A stretch of DNA of 11,470 nucleotides from Calditrichia bacterium (lineage in GTDB: Bacteria; Calditrichota; Calditrichia; RBG-13-44-9). The notes beneath the pieces are model-generated. The model made no database searches, had not been told where the DNA came from, and worked only from the letters and a program-made list of their open reading frames with translations. Positions 7,889-11,470 of the stretch are shown here, piece by piece. The stretch lies in contig JARRQT010000097.1 of assembly GCA_037381445.1 (NCBI GenBank), positions 1 to 11,470 on the forward strand. The letters run 5' to 3'. The position numbers and the translations under genes are program-made. Position 1 is the stretch's first letter, and each line of letters begins with the position of its first letter.

Positions 7889-8389
7889 ATGGATACCTTG
7901 TGGGCCCCGTGGCGAATGGAATATATTGAGGGTGCGAAAAACGGCGAATCCGATCAATGCATATTCTGCAGCCGGATTACCCAGAAAGCGGATACGGAGA
8001 ATCTGATACTTTACCGGGGTGAACGCGCTTTCATTATTATGAACCGTTTTCCGTACAATAACGGGCATCTTATGGTGGTCCCCTACCGTCACAGCGGGAA
8101 CATTCTCGATTTGGATACGGAGGAAAATGCCGAACTGCTGCAGCTGATACAGATGGGGGTAAAGGCGCTGGAACAGGTGATGCAGCCCCACGGATTTAAT
8201 ATCGGCATGAACCTGGGAAGGGTTGCCGGAGCCGGCGTGGAAGATCATGTCCATTTTCATATTGTTCCCCGCTGGAATGGCGATACGAACTTCATGCCGA
8301 TTATCGGAGAAACCAAGGTTGTCTCGGAAGCGCTGGAGAAAAGCTACCGGAAATTATCAAAGGCTATTCGGGATTTGACCAATCCTTAA
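7889..8389 (+). CDS. HIT-family protein, diadenosine tetraphosphate (Ap4A) phosphorylase/hydrolase-like (Rv2613c/FHIT-like), 166 aa
   Basis: MDTLWAPWRMEYI, CIFC, MNRFPYNNGHLMVVP, GFNIGMNLGRVAGAG, histidine triad HVHFHIVPRWNGDTNFM. Start reassigned to ATG 7889 (purine-rich AAGGGGAAG upstream) because the ORF-track extension from 7718 spans the terminator. Confidence 0.92.
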   Translation: MDTLWAPWRMEYIEGAKNGESDQCIFCSRITQKADTENLILYRGERAFIIMNRFPYNNGHLMVVPYRHSGNILDLDTEENAELLQLIQMGVKALEQVMQPHGFNIGMNLGRVAGAGVEDHVHFHIVPRWNGDTNFMPIIGETKVVSEALEKSYRKLSKAIRDLTNP

Positions 8390-8463
8390 AATATTACCGT
8401 CACCATAATTCTTTGTTTTTTATGACAGGGAATGATTAATCTCGACTGGCGCAGGAAAAAAAC

Positions 8464-9690
8464 ATGAAAATTCTTCATCACATTAAAGGGATTGTTACCC
8501 CCCTTGGCGGGCAGGAATTCGGAACGCTGGATGTCCGGGAAGACGCCGCAATCCTGATTGACGGCGAGAATATTAAGGAAATCGCTGAAACAGGCAAATT
8601 GTTGGCTCAATATCCCGATGCGGAGAAGATTGACGGCGAAAATTGCTGGGCGTTTCCGGGCTATGTCGATCCCCACACCCACCCGGTCTTCTGCAAGACC
8701 CGCGAAGAAGAATTCGAAATGCGCATACAGGGCAAATCATATGAAGAGATTGCTGCGGCCGGCGGGGGCATCCGCAACAGTGTACGGGCTTTACGCAATG
8801 CCTCCTTCGATGAGCTGGCGGAACTGACCTATCTGCGCATCCGGGAGTTCATCGCTTACGGCACCACCGCCATCGAGGCAAAGAGCGGATACGGCCTTTC
8901 GCTGCAGGATGAGCTGAAGAGCCTGCGGGTGCTCAAGAAAGTCAGCCAGCTGCTGCCCGTCACCATTGTGCCCACCTTTCTGGGCGCCCATGAAGTCCCC
9001 GATGAATACCGCGATCGCCGGGAAGCCTACATTGAACTGCTTATCAAGGAGATGATTCCCGCGGTGGCGGAAGAGAAACTGGCGGTTTTCTGCGATGTCT
9101 TTACTGAAAAGGATGTCTTCGATATAGAGGAAAGCGAAAAAATATTGCTGGCTGCCAGAGATCACGGTCTTATTCCCAAGCTGCATGCCGATGAGCTGAG
9201 CCCCCTGGGCGGTGCGGAGCTGGCCGCCAGAGTAAGGGCCATCTCGGCGGACCATCTGCTCATGGTTTCCGATGAAGGAATCGAAGCTATGAAAAATGCC
9301 GGCGTGGTGCCGGTTTTGCTTCCCGGGACAGCATTCTTTCTGGGCAAATCCCGGTACGCGCCGGCCCGGAAAATGATTGACCACGGCCTGCCGGTTGCGC
9401 TGGCCACCGATTACAATCCCGGCAGTTCATTCACCCAGAACATGAACCTGATCCTTTCCATTGCCGCCACCCAGATGAAAATGCTTCCCGCCGAGTCCCT
9501 TCGGGCCGCCACCTTAAACAGCGCCCGGGCCATTGCCAGGGAACATGATCTGGGCAGCCTGGAACCCGGCAAAAAGGCAGATATCGTGCTGATGGATGTC
9601 CCCAATTACCGCTACGTTCCCTATCACTACGGCATGAATCCGGTCAGAATGGTCATCCGGCACGGCGCGGTAATTCATAAAAATCTTTGA
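8464..9690 (+). CDS. hutI: Imidazolonepropionase (amidohydrolase, histidine utilisation)
   Basis: PGYVDPHTHPVF, REEEFEMR..G.SYEEIAAAGGGI, GTTAIEAKSGYGL, TFLGAH, FCDVF, KLHADEL, SADHL, LATDYNPGSS, GSLEPGKKAD. Confidence 0.95.
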   Translation: MKILHHIKGIVTPLGGQEFGTLDVREDAAILIDGENIKEIAETGKLLAQYPDAEKIDGENCWAFPGYVDPHTHPVFCKTREEEFEMRIQGKSYEEIAAAGGGIRNSVRALRNASFDELAELTYLRIREFIAYGTTAIEAKSGYGLSLQDELKSLRVLKKVSQLLPVTIVPTFLGAHEVPDEYRDRREAYIELLIKEMIPAVAEEKLAVFCDVFTEKDVFDIEESEKILLAARDHGLIPKLHADELSPLGGAELAARVRAISADHLLMVSDEGIEAMKNAGVVPVLLPGTAFFLGKSRYAPARKMIDHGLPVALATDYNPGSSFTQNMNLILSIAATQMKMLPAESLRAATLNSARAIAREHDLGSLEPGKKADIVLMDVPNYRYVPYHYGMNPVRMVIRHGAVIHKNL

Positions 9691-9779
9691 GAAATATAAG
9701 TTTCTGCTATTGGCTCAACAATTATATATTCAGGTCGACTAATAGAATTCAGAAAGAATGATTTACAGGAGTTAAGTTT

Positions 9780-11303
9780 TTGCGAATCTCATTTTCCCCC
9801 CGTTTCGTCTTTATGCTGCTTTTTATTTTGCTTGCTCAGTTATATTCACAAACTACGTCCGTTCCCCTGTCTTCATGGGCCTATGACGCCGTGGAACGCT
9901 GGGAGGTGCGCGGTTTTATCAATGGTGTTTTTAACGGCAGCAGGCCATATACCCGGGAGGAAATGGCGAAATATATCGCAGAAACCTGGCAGACCTACGT
10001 AGGGGAGCCGGAGAAATTTTCGCAGACGGACCGCCAGCAGTTGTATTCCCTGCGCTTCGATTACGAAGAGGAGCTAAAGGCCTATCATCTGTCGCCCATC
10101 CGGGAGCGTTGGCAGCCCCGCCTGCAGACCGTTTTCCAAAAAACACCGCTCAGGTTTTTCAATAATGTCTTCTACACCAACTACCGCAATGCTTTGACTT
10201 TCCGGCACGGCGAATTCAATTTCTATGCGGACCCGGTGATGGATGCCAGCCGGGAGCAAAAATACGATCAGACTCAGGGGAAGTTCGATCAGTCCCGCAT
10301 CGCCAACGGTTTTCTGTTCCGGGGAAACATGGGGAGCTACATCGGATTTTATTTCAACCTGACCGATAATCATGCGGTAGACGGACGCTGGGAAAACCGG
10401 AGAATTCCCTTCGAGGTGCTGCAGGAATCTCGCTGGCCCTATATCACGCCCGGAGCCAACGGCGGTTTCGATTTCGATGAGAACGTGGCCTATGTAACTT
10501 TCAATTATAAATATCTATATGTGCTTTACGGCCGGGACTACAATCAATGGGGAGTGGGACACAACGGAAATTTAATGCTGTCCACCAACGCACCGGTGGC
10601 CGATCAGCTAAAACTTTCCATACGCTACTGGCGGTTTAAATTCACCCACCTGACTTCATTTCTCGAATATATCTCACCGGGAATGCGGCAGAGCATGAAG
10701 AGCGAGCCGGCCGTCAATGTTTACTGGTCAGGCAATCGTCTGGAACTGGATATGGGCCGGGGAGTGCAGCTTGGCTTTTCGGAAGCAGTGGTTTACGGCA
10801 ACCGCTCCCTGGATCCCGGCTATCTCAATCCGGTGACTTTCTTTAAATCGCTGGAACACTATTACGGAGACCGGGACAACGGCACACTGGGTCTGGACCT
10901 GGAGTGGCGGGTAATCCCTGGCCTGAAAGTATTCGGGGAGTGGTTTATCGATGACATTACCACCACCAAACTAGGCAGTGATTTTTACGGGAATAAATTC
11001 GCCTGGCAGGGTGGATTCTTTACGGTGAATCCGTTCTCAATCCCGGATGTTGACTTTCTGCTGGAATATACCCGCATAAAACCTTACGTCTATAGTCACA
11101 CCGTGGCGGACTACAATAAATACAAACAATACGACACCATTCTGGGTGACTATATCGGGCCCAATTCGGATGATGTATTTCTTCGTCTGCGGAAACGGTT
11201 TTCCAGGTACCTGCAGCTTTCCCTCGTTTTCGAGCACTACCGGCACGGCGCTAATCCGGCGGATGAAAACGTGGGCGGCGACCCTATGGGGCCGGCCTGT
11301 TAA
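9780..11303 (+). CDS. Capsule assembly Wzi-family outer-membrane beta-barrel protein, probably C-terminally truncated
   Basis: Signal peptide; N-terminal helical segment WAYDAVERWEVRG...SRPYTREE; Wzi-type motif GRDYNQWGVGHNGNLMLSTNAP; LGFSEAVVYG, YLNP, DRDNG, GEWFIDD, LEYTRI.PYVY, LGDYIGPNSD; amphipathic strands. SD AGGAG at 9767-9771 before TTG. Ends atypically in ...NVGGDPMGPAC. Confidence 0.8.
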   Translation: MRISFSPRFVFMLLFILLAQLYSQTTSVPLSSWAYDAVERWEVRGFINGVFNGSRPYTREEMAKYIAETWQTYVGEPEKFSQTDRQQLYSLRFDYEEELKAYHLSPIRERWQPRLQTVFQKTPLRFFNNVFYTNYRNALTFRHGEFNFYADPVMDASREQKYDQTQGKFDQSRIANGFLFRGNMGSYIGFYFNLTDNHAVDGRWENRRIPFEVLQESRWPYITPGANGGFDFDENVAYVTFNYKYLYVLYGRDYNQWGVGHNGNLMLSTNAPVADQLKLSIRYWRFKFTHLTSFLEYISPGMRQSMKSEPAVNVYWSGNRLELDMGRGVQLGFSEAVVYGNRSLDPGYLNPVTFFKSLEHYYGDRDNGTLGLDLEWRVIPGLKVFGEWFIDDITTTKLGSDFYGNKFAWQGGFFTVNPFSIPDVDFLLEYTRIKPYVYSHTVADYNKYKQYDTILGDYIGPNSDDVFLRLRKRFSRYLQLSLVFEHYRHGANPADENVGGDPMGPAC

Positions 11304-11470
11304 AATATAATTTAAACTCAAAGAAAATTGAAATATTTCAATATGATAAATATGCCAATTCGATCAGCAATAATATCGTTTGGGATTTATACCGGGATAA
11401 AGAAGGATATCTCTGGCTGGCAACGGAAGGAGGGCTCAACCGTTTTGATTTGCGCACCAACACCTTCAAG
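11285..11470 (+). pseudogene. Start-less internal fragment of a two-component sensor beta-propeller (Reg_prop repeat) gene; runs off the window
   Basis: The frame starting at 11285 reads YGAGLLKYNLNSKKIEIFQYDKYANSISNNIVWDLYRDKEGYLWLATEGGLNRFDLRTNTFK. This matches the Reg_prop repeat pattern (S.S.N.V..L..D..G.LW..T.GGL.RFD). An in-frame TGA lies at 11264-11266, with no ATG or RBS between it and the repeat. Confidence 0.75.

Noticed and set aside
9700..9730. Possible Wzi promoter (TATATT at 9725-9730)
   Set aside because: Good -10 box but no convincing -35 at 16-18 nt spacing, so not called.
11264..11303. Programmed -1 frameshift producing a Wzi-propeller fusion
   Set aside because: No X-XXY-YYZ slippery heptamer or stimulatory structure in the overlap, and an incomplete barrel fused mid-blade is structurally implausible.
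7865..11321. Other short overlapping ORFs within the HIT, hutI and Wzi genes
   Set aside because: Shadow ORFs with no independent evidence.
1..11470. CRISPR arrays, tRNA/rRNA, IS elements, integrases, tandem repeats
   Set aside because: No repeat-spacer periodicity, cloverleaf, terminal inverted repeats or transposase/integrase motifs were seen, and intergenic gaps are short and explained by promoters or terminators.

Overview
Bacterial chromosomal region of mostly housekeeping genes arranged around a divergent promoter region at about 5344-5629. The minus strand carries a probable two-gene operon: a signal-peptide GH2-like glycosidase homolog fused to a roughly 6-TM C-terminal domain, then smc (missed by the ORF track because it runs off the window). 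The GH2-like protein appears to have lost its catalytic residues. The plus strand carries a stand-alone EF-G paralog (EF-G2 type, no switch II His) with a near-consensus sigma70 promoter and an intrinsic terminator. It is followed by a HIT-family Ap4A phosphorylase/hydrolase, an orphan hutI and a Wzi-family outer-membrane protein. The Wzi gene ends abruptly and is joined out of frame to a start-less fragment of a two-component sensor beta-propeller (Reg_prop) gene, which suggests a deletion, rearrangement or assembly-chimera junction at about 11272-11287. Gene content and the SMC sequence suggest an FCB-group or related diderm such as Calditrichota or Ignavibacteria (inference only). No mobile elements, RNA genes or CRISPR arrays were seen.
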